Below, piece by piece: positions 35,913-47,000 of a stretch of DNA of 64,000 nt. The stretch spans positions 2,816,001-2,880,000 of the forward strand of contig CBDCTJ010000007.1 in the NCBI GenBank assembly GCA_965222115.1, written 5' to 3'. Numbering within the stretch: the stretch's first letter is position 1; the number at the start of each line of letters is the position of its first letter. Made by a program: the position numbers and the translations under genes. Source of the stretch: Planctomycetota bacterium (GTDB taxonomy: Bacteria; Planctomycetota; PLA2; JAEUHO01). The notes under the pieces are model-generated. The model saw only the letters and a program-made list of their open reading frames with translations. It was not told where the DNA came from and searched no databases.

Positions 35913-37172
35913 ATGGCCGACCGTTCCACTCCGCAGCTAACGCCGATTCACGACTTTGGGCGCAAGCTCCGCCAGCCGGGCGTGTGCGATGCACTGAATG
36001 CGTATGTTCAATGGCAGCGCCAGGCGCGAAGCGGTGAGAAGAACGGAAACGACGCACCCCCACTGCCCGTAAGGGCACCCGTGAGTATCAATCTGGATCT
36101 TACGACCGCGTGCAACTACGCATGCGATCACTGCATCGATTGGGACATTCTCAATAGCGGCATCAATCACCGCGATGAGGAGTTGCGCGCATCGATTGCC
36201 GCCATGCACCGTGATGGCCTAAGGAGCGTCATCTTGATTGGCGGCGGTGAGCCCACGATCTACCCCGGATTCGCTTCCATGGTCCGGTACCTGAAGTCGT
36301 TGAGCCTCCAGGTTGCCATTGTGAGCAACGGTAGCCGCAACGATCGCATAGCGGAGGTCATGGACATCCTTGAGGCGGAGGACTGGGTGCGCCTTAGTCT
36401 CGATTCGGGCACGGACGAAACGTTTCAGGCCATGCATCGACCCAAGAAGGCCATCACGCTCGAGGCCATTTGCAAAGGTGTATCGAAACTCAAGGCAAAG
36501 AACCCCGTGCCCACAATTGGGTTTAGCTTCGTCATGACGTGGAATGGCGCCATGCGCGCCCCCGACGCACCCGCGGTCGTGGAGAATATTGGCGAGATTG
36601 AATCCGCGGCTCGCTTGGCCCGCGACCACGGCTTTGACTACATCTCGTTCAAACCGTTCTTATTGAGAACAGACGAGGGCGCGGAAGTGCTCGATCCCCA
36701 TGGTGCAAAGGAAGCGCTCGATGAGGTGGTTCAGCGCATTCGCACAGCCATCGACGGCGCAAAGCAGTTCGCCTCGCCCACGTTTTGCGTGCTTGAGAGC
36801 ACCAATTGGAAGGTCCTTGAGCAAGGGACGTGGGAGGCGTGGACAAAGCAACCGAAGCAGTGTCACATGCAGGCGTTTCGTCAAGTGCTAAGCCCCGAAG
36901 GTCTTTGGAATTGCCCCGCCCACCGCGGGGTTGACGGCGCGAAGATTGCCGAACGGACCATTCACACCCAGGACGACACCGGTGCGATCGCAGCAAGGCA
37001 CACGCAGGCCATGATTGAATCCTTCGACGCCCGTCATGAGTGCCGCGAAGTGACGTGCCTCTACCACGATGTGAACTGGTGGATTGAATCCCTCATCGAG
37101 AATGCCGGTCCCGTGTCACCTTCACCTTCCAAGACACCGGCACCTTCCAAGACACCGGACTTTTTTCTCTAG
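35913..37172 (+). CDS. radical SAM protein with C-terminal Cys (Twitch/SPASM-like) domain
   Basis: CNYACDHC, GGGEP, SNG, RLSLDSG; C-terminal CHMQ..CPAH..C...C. Confidence 0.9.
   Translation: MADRSTPQLTPIHDFGRKLRQPGVCDALNAYVQWQRQARSGEKNGNDAPPLPVRAPVSINLDLTTACNYACDHCIDWDILNSGINHRDEELRASIAAMHRDGLRSVILIGGGEPTIYPGFASMVRYLKSLSLQVAIVSNGSRNDRIAEVMDILEAEDWVRLSLDSGTDETFQAMHRPKKAITLEAICKGVSKLKAKNPVPTIGFSFVMTWNGAMRAPDAPAVVENIGEIESAARLARDHGFDYISFKPFLLRTDEGAEVLDPHGAKEALDEVVQRIRTAIDGAKQFASPTFCVLESTNWKVLEQGTWEAWTKQPKQCHMQAFRQVLSPEGLWNCPAHRGVDGAKIAERTIHTQDDTGAIAARHTQAMIESFDARHECREVTCLYHDVNWWIESLIENAGPVSPSPSKTPAPSKTPDFFL
37123..37158. repeat. 18-bp perfect tandem duplication at the radical SAM C-terminus
   Basis: CACCTTCCAAGACACCGG twice. 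Confidence 0.9.
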
Positions 37173-37202
37173 TTGTCCAAACGGAGCATGAGGTCAACCC
37201 CA

Positions 37203-37976
37203 ATGACTGCGCCCCTTAAGTCCATCCGTGTCGTCGAAGACTACACAAGTCGTTCCAAGCCCGATGAGGGCTTCCTGCGCGTCCGTCGTTTGAAACTCGA
37301 AAATACCTATCGTGATGGCACCGTGTCGGATCCCTATCCTTGTGACATCGTTTCACGGCGCTACACGGATGCGGTTGCAATTGTGATTTGGGAACGCACC
37401 GGCATGCGCACCCTCAAAGTCGCAATGCGCACCGGCATCCGACCGCCGATCTACTTTCGCAAAGACCGCACCGATCTTGTGCAACCCGATGATCGTGAGC
37501 ATCTCTTAATGACCGAGATCTGTGCCGGTGTGTTGGAAGATGAAGACAAGGGCGAGGAAGGTATCCGCCAACGCGCCGCACTTGAGTGTGAAGAGGAAGC
37601 GGGTTACGCCGTGCCGCCCGGTGCAATCATGTCTTTGGGGCAACCTATGTTTGCCAGCCCCGGCGTGAGTGATGAAAAGGTCTTCTATTGCGCGGCGCAA
37701 ACCATGCTTTCTGAACGCGGCGAGGCCGCGGGTGACGGCTCACCGATGGAAGACGGTGGCGAAGTGTTGTTGTTCGACATCGACGACGCGCTCCACCTCT
37801 GTCGAAAAGGCGAGATTCCCGATGCGAAGACTGAGATTGGCTTGCTGCGCCTGTGCCACCGCGTTGGCTACAGCCCACAACTTGGCTGTTTCGTGGAAGA
37901 TCTTCCCGAGCCGTTTCGTCCGGGCGCCACACGCGCGGCTTGGCTACTTGGCGAATCCGAGGACCCGGGCGACTGA
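37203..37976 (+). CDS. NUDIX hydrolase (nucleotide-sugar pyrophosphatase-like)
   Basis: EICAGVLE......RAALECEEEAGY, SPG..DE, I.DAKT. Confidence 0.85.
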   Translation: MTAPLKSIRVVEDYTSRSKPDEGFLRVRRLKLENTYRDGTVSDPYPCDIVSRRYTDAVAIVIWERTGMRTLKVAMRTGIRPPIYFRKDRTDLVQPDDREHLLMTEICAGVLEDEDKGEEGIRQRAALECEEEAGYAVPPGAIMSLGQPMFASPGVSDEKVFYCAAQTMLSERGEAAGDGSPMEDGGEVLLFDIDDALHLCRKGEIPDAKTEIGLLRLCHRVGYSPQLGCFVEDLPEPFRPGATRAAWLLGESEDPGD

Positions 37977-38006
37977 AGTAGGCTTGGCGTTCTACGGAGG
38001 TCAGCT

Positions 38007-38861
38007 ATGAGTCGCACCGCAGTGCTTGTCGGTCTCGTCTTCGTTGCGCTTGGTGGCACGGTGATTTGGTTAGCTTCGCGAGTTCACACGTTAGAAGGCG
38101 ACGTCTGCGATCTCACCGAGCGCCTCAATAATCCAGCAACGGCGACACAACGAAGTGAATCTAGCAGCGATTCAGACCACCCCACGTTGGAGGCCGACAC
38201 CACCTTCGAAGACCAAGTCGAGCATGCGCTTCGATCCGGTGCGCTTAAGCGTGTGCTTCAAGATTCTCAAGAAGACGCCGCGGTTGTTTCCGCCCTCACT
38301 AGACTTCTTCAAAATTCGTCGCGTCCGGCGGCCGCGGGAACAACCCGAGCGGGAGCGACTTCGCCGGGCACACCTTCACCCGATGACGCCGTGTTTTATG
38401 GAGCTGTCAAAGACGTGGTGATGGAACTCACGGACAACGTCGATTTCCGGACAAAGTTGGGGCTCAACGTTCCGCCCAAAGACATTCCAAAGAATGCGCC
38501 GTTTGCCAGGGTGGCGGACGTATTGAAGCTTGACCAACGACAGTCCGATACCATGCGCAAGGACGTCGAAGACATGCAAGGCAAGCTGATGGAAGCGCTC
38601 ACGATCGAGCGCAGCGACGGCGTGGATGTCATGGGCGAGATTGCCAAGGCGGAAGCGCTCAAGGAGGGCGACCCCTCCAAGACCGAAATCTTCGTCAAGC
38701 TCTTCCAGCTCAAAATCCCCGGAACCGAGACGACGTACTTTCAGCGCGTTACAGCGCTGCAACGCGACTTCCGCAATCGCACCCTCGACTACTTACACGA
38801 CGAGCAGCTAGAGCGCCTGAAGTCCATTAACGTGGACTGGTTCTCGGTTCGCATGGATTGA
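38007..38861 (+). CDS. membrane-anchored hypothetical protein
   Basis: GGAGG RBS; N-terminal TM followed by a coiled/helical region. Confidence 0.7.
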   Translation: MSRTAVLVGLVFVALGGTVIWLASRVHTLEGDVCDLTERLNNPATATQRSESSSDSDHPTLEADTTFEDQVEHALRSGALKRVLQDSQEDAAVVSALTRLLQNSSRPAAAGTTRAGATSPGTPSPDDAVFYGAVKDVVMELTDNVDFRTKLGLNVPPKDIPKNAPFARVADVLKLDQRQSDTMRKDVEDMQGKLMEALTIERSDGVDVMGEIAKAEALKEGDPSKTEIFVKLFQLKIPGTETTYFQRVTALQRDFRNRTLDYLHDEQLERLKSINVDWFSVRMD

Positions 38862-38905
38862 CGCACTCGCATGGTCGCCTGCCTGTCTATTTCTGGGTGT
38901 GATTG

Positions 38906-40528
38906 CTACTTCTGGATGTGCCTGAGCAAGTAGTAGCGATGGGGTGGCAACTCGTCTTTCGGCGAGTCCATCGGTGTGGCGGACACGGCGTCGCCCTTCA
39001 AGTGATTCTTGTAGAGATTCACGGGACGACACACCGCCAAGTCGTCGTTTGCCTTCACAAACACGAGCACCTGAAGGCGGGAACCGTCCACGCGATAGAA
39101 CTGCCCACTTGAGTAGCGCCAGCGCGTATCTCGCTCCCAAGCGGATGACGGTACGCGGGTCGCGAGGATCTCGGCATCCGCCATCTGCTTCTTGATGGCG
39201 GCCACAGCCGTATCCACAACGGACTTGATGTCAGCGGCCCCGTAGCCTGTAGCGGGCATGCGATTGGCGTCGATGATTTGCTTTTCAAGCTGCTTGGCCT
39301 GCTGTTTCAGCGCCGCGCGCGCGTCCTTCACGCGCGTGGCATACGCGTCACCGGCCTTGGCGTCATACGCCGTGAGCACGAGCACCTTCTGGTCGGCCCA
39401 CTTCATGCGCTGCGCAATGCCACCGTGCTCCCCAAAGAATAGGGGCTTACCATCCTTGACCGCCTTGTCGGCCATCTTCTTTGCCTCGGCGATGTCCGCG
39501 TCAATCTCCCCAGGCAGCACCTTTCGGTGCGCTTGAAGTTTCTCTGCAAATGTCTTGCGTTTCGAGGCATAGAAACGAAACACACCCATCATTTGCTCAC
39601 CTGCACGCGTCTTCTGATCGACGAGCGGTTGATAGAGCTTGGCGATGCGTTGAATCTCTTTCTGGACCGCTTCGTCTTCTTTCACCGTAGCCGCGTAGCG
39701 CTCGGGTTGCTGAACGAGCGCGTCCCAATCGCGATAGCGCGCGCCAAGCTCCTGCACCTTCTTTAGGTCCGCGTTGTACTGCGGATAGTTCTCCATTCCC
39801 GTCAGTTTTTGCAGGGTGGCGTCGATGACCTTCAGTGCTTTTGATGTGGACTCGATGTTGCTCGCCGCAGCGTTGGCCGCTTTCAATACCGGTGCTACCT
39901 GAGGATGGTCCGCGGGCAGTGTCGTCAAGCGCTTCATGGCCAATGCGTGTTTCTCGGCAGCCGTATCGATGGTTTGGACGGCGGCACGAATGTCGGCGTG
40001 AACCGGCTTGTCGTTCCCGCCCGCCTGGTAGGCATCCAGCACCTTCTTCGCCGCCTCGAAATTGCCCTTCACCGTATTCATGTAGTATCGCGCGTCTTTG
40101 AGCGCCTTCTCCTGGGTGTAATGAAGTTTGGGCCCCACGGGTGTTGCGGTGGGAGACGCACTACCTCCGCCCACGATGCCATTCAAAACAGCAGCGGCGT
40201 CGTTGCTCGCCTTTAGGGAAGTAAGCGCCGCTTTGACTTCGGCGTGCTCCGCTGGCAGCGTTTCCAGGATCTGGCCAGCCTTTGTGAGCCGCTCGGTGGC
40301 ACTCGCCAACCGCATCTTTGTCAGCTTGAGGCGAGAGCCTTTCGCCGGATTCGCTTTCGTACCGGCTGTGGAGCCCGCGGCCTGCAGATCGCCCTGTGCG
40401 CTGCGAATCATGTTGGCGGCATTTCGAAGTGACTGGGCCTGCTCGGGCGTCAGATCTCTCGCCAACGCCGACCCGGCAAACAACACGACGACGGTGGTAC
40501 CAATCGCAAATCGAAGCATTCGAGACAT
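38906..40528 (-). CDS. exported alpha-helical hypothetical protein with an internal repeat
   Basis: GAGGAG RBS, signal peptide ..GSALA; repeat L.TLPA(E/D)H..V. Confidence 0.75.
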   Translation of the reverse strand: MSRMLRFAIGTTVVVLFAGSALARDLTPEQAQSLRNAANMIRSAQGDLQAAGSTAGTKANPAKGSRLKLTKMRLASATERLTKAGQILETLPAEHAEVKAALTSLKASNDAAAVLNGIVGGGSASPTATPVGPKLHYTQEKALKDARYYMNTVKGNFEAAKKVLDAYQAGGNDKPVHADIRAAVQTIDTAAEKHALAMKRLTTLPADHPQVAPVLKAANAAASNIESTSKALKVIDATLQKLTGMENYPQYNADLKKVQELGARYRDWDALVQQPERYAATVKEDEAVQKEIQRIAKLYQPLVDQKTRAGEQMMGVFRFYASKRKTFAEKLQAHRKVLPGEIDADIAEAKKMADKAVKDGKPLFFGEHGGIAQRMKWADQKVLVLTAYDAKAGDAYATRVKDARAALKQQAKQLEKQIIDANRMPATGYGAADIKSVVDTAVAAIKKQMADAEILATRVPSSAWERDTRWRYSSGQFYRVDGSRLQVLVFVKANDDLAVCRPVNLYKNHLKGDAVSATPMDSPKDELPPHRYYLLRHIQK

Positions 40529-40581
40529 GACAATCTCCTCAGTACGGGAGACGTCACTGTACCCGATTTGGGCCGGGGGTG

Positions 40582-41133
40582 TTAGACGGCTTGCACTTCC
40601 ATGACTTCGGGGATGGATTGCTTCAATCGCGTTTCGATGCCTTGCTTTAGTGTGAGCAGTGAACTCGGGCAACCGTGACACGATCCCTTCATTTGGAGAA
40701 ACACCACGCCACCCTCAAATCGGTCAAAAACGATGTCACCGCCATCCATGGCAACTGCGGGTCGAATCTGTGAATCCAAAATCTCAACAATCTTCTGCTC
40801 AACTTCCGAATCGGCTCCCGCGTGTCCGCCTTGCTGAAATGCCTCGGTGACCACGGGTTCGTCCGAACTGAGGTGTGCATTGAGTTCACGCAAGACACCT
40901 TGGTGAATGCCGCCCATGAGCGCCTGATCGGCCACCGTAATCGTGACGAAATCTTTGCCAATCATGACGCCCGAGACACCTTCAATCCCAAACAAGCGAG
41001 CCGCAAGCGGAGCATGCTCGGTCTCGGCGACCGACGTAAAGTTGGCGGCGCCGCGCTCCAGAAGGGCGCGATCCACGCTGTACTTTAGCGTGTCGGGATT
41101 GGGGGTGAACTCAAGCTTGATTTGAACGGACAC
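40582..41133 (-). CDS. NifU/Nfu family Fe-S scaffold
   Basis: TPNP.TLK N-domain; IRPAV.MDGGD, GSCHGCPSS.LTLK.GIE. Confidence 0.93.
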   Translation of the reverse strand: MSVQIKLEFTPNPDTLKYSVDRALLERGAANFTSVAETEHAPLAARLFGIEGVSGVMIGKDFVTITVADQALMGGIHQGVLRELNAHLSSDEPVVTEAFQQGGHAGADSEVEQKIVEILDSQIRPAVAMDGGDIVFDRFEGGVVFLQMKGSCHGCPSSLLTLKQGIETRLKQSIPEVMEVQAV

Positions 41134-41165
41134 GGGGCACCTCAGTAGCAACGATTCACCAGCAA

Positions 41166-43880
41166 TTACACTGCAGGTGCGGGTTCGGGCTCACAAAGTT
41201 CACGCAGGACGTAGTTCAAGATGCCTCCGTGCTCGTAGTAGGCGTTTTCCTCAGGCGTGTCGATGCGGCAGCGTACTTCAAAAAGGGTCTTTGAATCGCC
41301 CTTCGCGGACGTAGCTGCGACCGTGAGCATTTTGCCCGGTGCAAGTCCCTCTGCCACACCTGTGATGGTGTAGGTCTCCTTGCCCGTGAGGCCCAACGAC
41401 GCCGCACTTTCGCCCGTCGGAAACTCCAATGGCAGTACACCCATACCAATCAGATTGCTCCGGTGAATGCGCTCAAACGAGGTAGCGATGACGGCACGCA
41501 CACCCAATAGCAGCGTGCCCTTCGCCGCCCAGTCGCGACTGCTTCCCATGCCGTAGCTGCCACCGGCGATCACGATTGTGGGCACGTTGCTTTCGCGATA
41601 GCGTTTCGATGCGTCGTAGATGGACATCTGTTCTTCGCTGGGTTGATGGCACGTCCATCCACCTTCGGTGCCCGGCGCCAACTGGTTACGCAATCGAATG
41701 TTGCCAAATGTCCCGCGCACCATAACTTCGTGGTTGCCGCGACGACTTCCGAACGAGTTGAATTCGGCGCGCGCGACACCGTTTTCCTTCAGCCAAGCCG
41801 CCGCAGGACCATCCTCAGGAATCGCACCCGCGGGCGAGATGTGGTCCGTCGTGACGGAGTCCCCGAGGAGGGCGAGCACGCGTGCGTCCTTGATGTCCTG
41901 CGGTGCCTCGGGCTGATCAGGTACGTCTTCTAAGAACGACGGACGGCGCACGTAGGTGCTATCGCGCCCCCACTTGAACTGTGCACCTTCCGGAACCTCA
42001 ATCGCGCGCCACGTTTCATCACCATCAAAGACCGTCGCGTACTCCGCACGAAACTGCTCGGGCTTTACGCCGCCACGAATGGCCGCCTGGACTTCATCCC
42101 CTGAGGGCCAAAGATCCTTCAGATAGACCGCATTACCGCTCGTGTCGGTGCCGAGGGGATCGCGCGTGAGGTCGATGTCGACCGTGCCAGCAAGCGCGTA
42201 GGCAACCACCAGCGGCGGTGAGGCAAGGTAGTTGGTCTTGGTGTGGGGACTCACGCGACCTTCAAAGTTGCGATTGCCCGACAGCACGGACGCTACAACC
42301 AAGTCGTGTTCCTTGACGGCCTTTGTGACATCGGGAAGTAGCGGCCCACTATTGCCGATGCAAGTCGTACAACCGTAGCCAACGAGATTGAATCCAATAG
42401 CTTCCAAATCGGCCAACAGGCCCGCTTCTTCCAGATAGCGCGTGACGACTCGCGATCCGGGCGCCAAGGAGGTTTTCACCCACGGATGGCTTTTCAGTCC
42501 GCGCTCGCGAGCTCTTTTCGCTACCAAACCGGCGGCCAACATGACTGACGGGTTGCTCGTATTGGTGCAACTGGTGATGGCGGCAATGGCCAAGGAGCCA
42601 TCAGTGATGGTTCCCACGGGGGTCATGACGACCGGCGCCTTGGACCCGACGCGGTTTTTAATCATTTCGTCACAGGTGGTTCGAAAGGACTGCTTCATGT
42701 CGGTCAGCGCTACGCGATCGTGCGGTCGCTTGGGGCCCGCGAGGCTCGGTACGACCGTACTCAAGTCGAGTTCAACCACCTTCGTGAATCGCGGATCGGG
42801 GCTCTCGGCGGTGCGGAACAAGCCCTGCTCGCGCGTGTACGCCTCGACCGCATCCACGTGACTTGGATCGCGGCCACTGAATCGCAAGTATTCAAGCGTC
42901 TTGTCATCCACAGGGAAGAAGCCCATCGTGGCGCCGTATTCAGGCGACATGTTTGCGATCGTGGCGCGGTCTGCCAGTGTCAACGAGTCCAGCCCGGGAC
43001 CAAAGAACTCGACGAACTTTCCTACAACCCCCACTTCGCGAAGCCGCTGAGTCACTGTGAGCACCAAATCGGTGGCCGTTGCGCCCGCCGGAAGCGCGCC
43101 CGTCATCTTGAAGCCCACCACTTGAGGAATGAGCATTGAGATGGGCTGGCCGAGCATGCCGGCTTCGGCCTCAATGCCGCCAACGCCCCACCCGAGCACG
43201 CCGAGGCCGTTGATCATGGTGGTGTGGCTGTCGGTGCCAACGAGAGAGTCAGGATAGAGTTCGGGCTCGTCGCTGCTGCCGCCCACGAACACGCAGGAAG
43301 CTAAGTACTCAAGATTGATCTGGTGCACAATGCCGGTACCTGGAGGCACGACGCGGAAGTTCTCAAACGCATTCGCCCCCCAGCGCAAAAACTCGTAGCG
43401 CTCAAGATTTCGCTCGTACTCACGCTTGACGTTCTGTGCAAGAGCCTGGGGCGTACCGAACTGATCCACCTGGACTGAGTGATCAATCACGAGATCCACT
43501 GGGACCTGCGGGTTAATGCGCGATGCGGGCAGCCCACGCTCAACCGTTGCATCACGCATGGCCGCGAGATCGACGACCGCGGGGACACCGGTGAAATCCT
43601 GGAGCAGCACCCGCGCAGGCATAAATGCGATTTCGGTGCTCGGCTCGGCGCTTGGATCCCAGTTCAGCAGCGCTTCAATGTGGGATTTCTTGACGCTGCC
43701 ACCATTCTCCCGTCGGAGGAGGTTCTCGAGCAGGACCTTCAGCGAGAACGGAAGCGTCTCAATTCCCTTGTGACCGGCATCTACCAGCGCCGAGAGCGAC
43801 GCGATGCCATACCGACGACCATGTATGTCGAGGGTGGTCCGGGACGAGAAAGAGTCGAGGCGAGGCGTGGGTGTGCTCAT
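41166..43880 (-). CDS. acnA: aconitate hydratase A
   Basis: [48 protein letters not shown]. Confidence 0.98.
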   Translation of the reverse strand: MSTPTPRLDSFSSRTTLDIHGRRYGIASLSALVDAGHKGIETLPFSLKVLLENLLRRENGGSVKKSHIEALLNWDPSAEPSTEIAFMPARVLLQDFTGVPAVVDLAAMRDATVERGLPASRINPQVPVDLVIDHSVQVDQFGTPQALAQNVKREYERNLERYEFLRWGANAFENFRVVPPGTGIVHQINLEYLASCVFVGGSSDEPELYPDSLVGTDSHTTMINGLGVLGWGVGGIEAEAGMLGQPISMLIPQVVGFKMTGALPAGATATDLVLTVTQRLREVGVVGKFVEFFGPGLDSLTLADRATIANMSPEYGATMGFFPVDDKTLEYLRFSGRDPSHVDAVEAYTREQGLFRTAESPDPRFTKVVELDLSTVVPSLAGPKRPHDRVALTDMKQSFRTTCDEMIKNRVGSKAPVVMTPVGTITDGSLAIAAITSCTNTSNPSVMLAAGLVAKRARERGLKSHPWVKTSLAPGSRVVTRYLEEAGLLADLEAIGFNLVGYGCTTCIGNSGPLLPDVTKAVKEHDLVVASVLSGNRNFEGRVSPHTKTNYLASPPLVVAYALAGTVDIDLTRDPLGTDTSGNAVYLKDLWPSGDEVQAAIRGGVKPEQFRAEYATVFDGDETWRAIEVPEGAQFKWGRDSTYVRRPSFLEDVPDQPEAPQDIKDARVLALLGDSVTTDHISPAGAIPEDGPAAAWLKENGVARAEFNSFGSRRGNHEVMVRGTFGNIRLRNQLAPGTEGGWTCHQPSEEQMSIYDASKRYRESNVPTIVIAGGSYGMGSSRDWAAKGTLLLGVRAVIATSFERIHRSNLIGMGVLPLEFPTGESAASLGLTGKETYTITGVAEGLAPGKMLTVAATSAKGDSKTLFEVRCRIDTPEENAYYEHGGILNYVLRELCEPEPAPAV

Positions 43881-44026
43881 GGGAGTTCCTTCCGTAGAGG
43901 CGTGGGACGCACCGCACGTAGACTACCAACCCTCGTCGGAACGACGACCTGCATCCCTGGGAACCCACGCCGCCGTGCGTTGTCAAAGAAGACGCATTGG
44001 CCCCCTTCTGTCCGGAGTAGACACAG

Positions 44027-47000
44027 ATGTCGAAGTCAATTTCCTCCGCATCACCGCGCTCGTTGCGTCGTCCTCTTGGGCGTCGTCCTCTTGGGCGCCG
44101 TCCTTCTGGCCGCCGAACCCTCGTTCGGGCTGCCGCGATGTTGGTCGTGCTTGCCGCGTGTTTCAGCGGCAACCCCTTGCGTGCAGATGAAGGCGACAAG
44201 AAGCCGTCGCCATCATTCAAAGACGATGGTCGGGCAGGGAGCGTGATCGACACACAGGGAACCGTGCTCGTGCGCCCTGCCAGCCAAGGACGCTGGTCAC
44301 CGCTGAATGCCAAGGATCTGGTGTTCCCGGGTGACCGCATACGAACCGACGTTCGAGGAGCACACGCGGTTGAGCTTGCCGTCGGATCCGGCACCGTCTT
44401 GCTTGGCCCCGCTACAGAGGTTGAGGTCGACGCCGACCAAGCCGTGCGTCTCATTCAAGGCGACGTGGAAGTGAAGGCCGCTACCGCCAAGAAGGGCGGG
44501 CCTGCTGTAAAGCCCATGGTCGTCACGGCCCCGGGCGATTTCTCATCGTCCGTTACTGGAACACTTTGGTTGTCTACCGAGGGACGTGAGAAGATTCGTC
44601 AGTTCGATAAAACGCCCACTTGGGTAAAGGGCTATCGCGCTAGTGCCAGCAATGAGTGGATGGGCGCGCTCATGGCCAAGGTCGATGGACGCGACGTCCC
44701 ACTCGCCGTTGGCTACCACAACGTGACGGTCGAGATTCGCGACCAAATAGCGCGCACGACCATCGAGCAGTCCTTCATCAACAGCACACGCAACCGCATG
44801 GAAGGCGTCTTCTACTTCCCACTTCCCCCCGGCGCCTCTATCAGCGGGTTCGGCATGTGGATCGGCGGCGAGCTCGTCGAGGCCGACATCGTCGAAAAGC
44901 AACGCGCGAGAGAGATCTACGAGGACATCCTCCGCAAGAAGAAGGACCCGGGTCTCCTTGAATGGGAAGGCGGCAACTTGTTCAAAGCGCGCGTATTCCC
45001 CATTGAAGCGGGAAGCGAAAAGCGCATACGCCTGCGCTACACGCAAGTGTTGCCCCGCGAAGGTGATTCCTATCGCTACCGCTATGCCCTCCGCAGTGAA
45101 TTGCTCACACGCAAACCCCTGCGCGAACTCAAAATGACCGTTCGCGTCATGTCCACACCCAAACTTGGGCAGCTCACCTGTGCCACGCACGACGCCACCA
45201 TTAAGCGCCTCACCGATCACGAGGCCAGTGTCGAGTACGAAGCGCGAGAGTATGCACCCACGCAAGACTTTGAAGTGCGTGTGGGGATCGAAGCCAAAGA
45301 CAACATAGTGGTTGTGCCGCATCGGCGAGGCGAAGACGGCTACTTCATGGTGCAGCTCATGCCACCTTCGACCGACGCGAACGGTTGGCAACGAGACCTT
45401 GTCCCTGATGGTGCACCCCTCAAGATCGTGATGGTTGCCGATACATCGGGCTCCATGGATCCGGCTACGCGCGTAAAGCAGAGTCAGTTCATACGCGCAC
45501 TTGTTTCCTTGTTGAGTCCCGACGACCGCGTTTCGATTATGGCCTACGACGTCTCGCCGGTGTGGATTACGAATGAGCCGCTCGCCGCGAATAGCGATGA
45601 ATTGCAAGCCGCGCTGGATGATCTGGATGCGCGCGATTCCCTCGGCTGGTCCGACATTCCCGCCGCAATCAAAGAAGCCACGGCAAAGGTCGCAGACGGT
45701 GGACTCGTGGTCTACGTGGGCGACGGCATTGGTACGAACGGTGATGGCGATCCGGTTGGCGTTGCGGCAGATATCCGGGCGTCCGCCGGGTCAAGCAAGG
45801 CAACCGTTCATGCTGTAGCACCTGCTTCGACCTACGAGTCCGGTGTCCTAAAAGCACTCGCAAGTATCGGATCGGGGTCGCTACGCGGTTTGGATCCAAA
45901 GCCGGTTGAGACGGCCGCCGCGCTACTTCGAGAAGCCGTTCGTCCATCCATTCGTGACATGCAGATTGAAATTGATGGCATTCGTACAGCGCGCGTATAC
46001 CCCGCCTCCCTTCCCAATCTCCCCGCGGGCCAGCAGATGCTCGTGCTGGGCCGCTTCTTACCAAGCGATCAAGAACAGACGGGGACCGTTCGTGTAAAGG
46101 GAACACTCTCGGACGCACCTGTTACGTACAGCACCACGTTCACCATTCCCGCAACCGACGCGGGTAACTCCTTCCTGTCACGTCTATGGGCACGAATGCA
46201 CCTGGACGCATTGTTGGAGCAGGGAAGTTCCAAGAAGATTCGCGAAGAGATCATTGAGTTCAGCGAACGCTTCGGCATTATGACGCCATACACATCGTTC
46301 CTGGTGCTTGAGAGCGATGCCCAACGAGAAGAGTATGGCGTGACGCGACGCGTACGCATGCGTGACGGCGAACGATTCTTTGCGACGGCTCGGGATCGCG
46401 TTGCACTTGAGCAACGCCGCAGTGCTCTCAAGGTTGCTGGCCGGTGGCGTCAAGCGCTTCGACACAGCATCATGCGCGAGATTGCAGCACTGGGACGCCA
46501 CATTGGATTGCCCGGGTACCACCCGCCTGCGCCTACGCCTCCCGGGGCGAACGTGCGTGCGATCGCATGGGGCATCGGTGAACGCGCCTATTCCGCGGTA
46601 CGTACATACGGTGCTACATACACAGGCGACATGGCCGCGGCTTCCAGAACGGTCCTTGTGCGACCCGCATCGATGCGCGTTGACGGCGAGGTGGTCCCCG
46701 CGGTTTACGAAACCGTTTACGACCGACTCGCAGACGCCGAAAGGCAGTGGGAACACTCCGAATCCCCGATGTCGGGTAGTTGCGGCAGTTCAGGGAGTTG
46801 TGGCAGTTCGCGCCCCATTGGCGGTGGAGCCGGTGCGCGATTCGGTGGCCGTGGACGTAGTGCCGCCAAGGGTGGCGCGCCGCGCGCCCGTTTGGCTTCA
46901 CTCCGCAGAGCCGCGGAGGAGCACCAGGGACTCCCCACGCCCCAATCCGAGTCTGGCCTCGCAGCACCTTCCGCACCGCCTGTCGCCGGAGACCCCGCGG

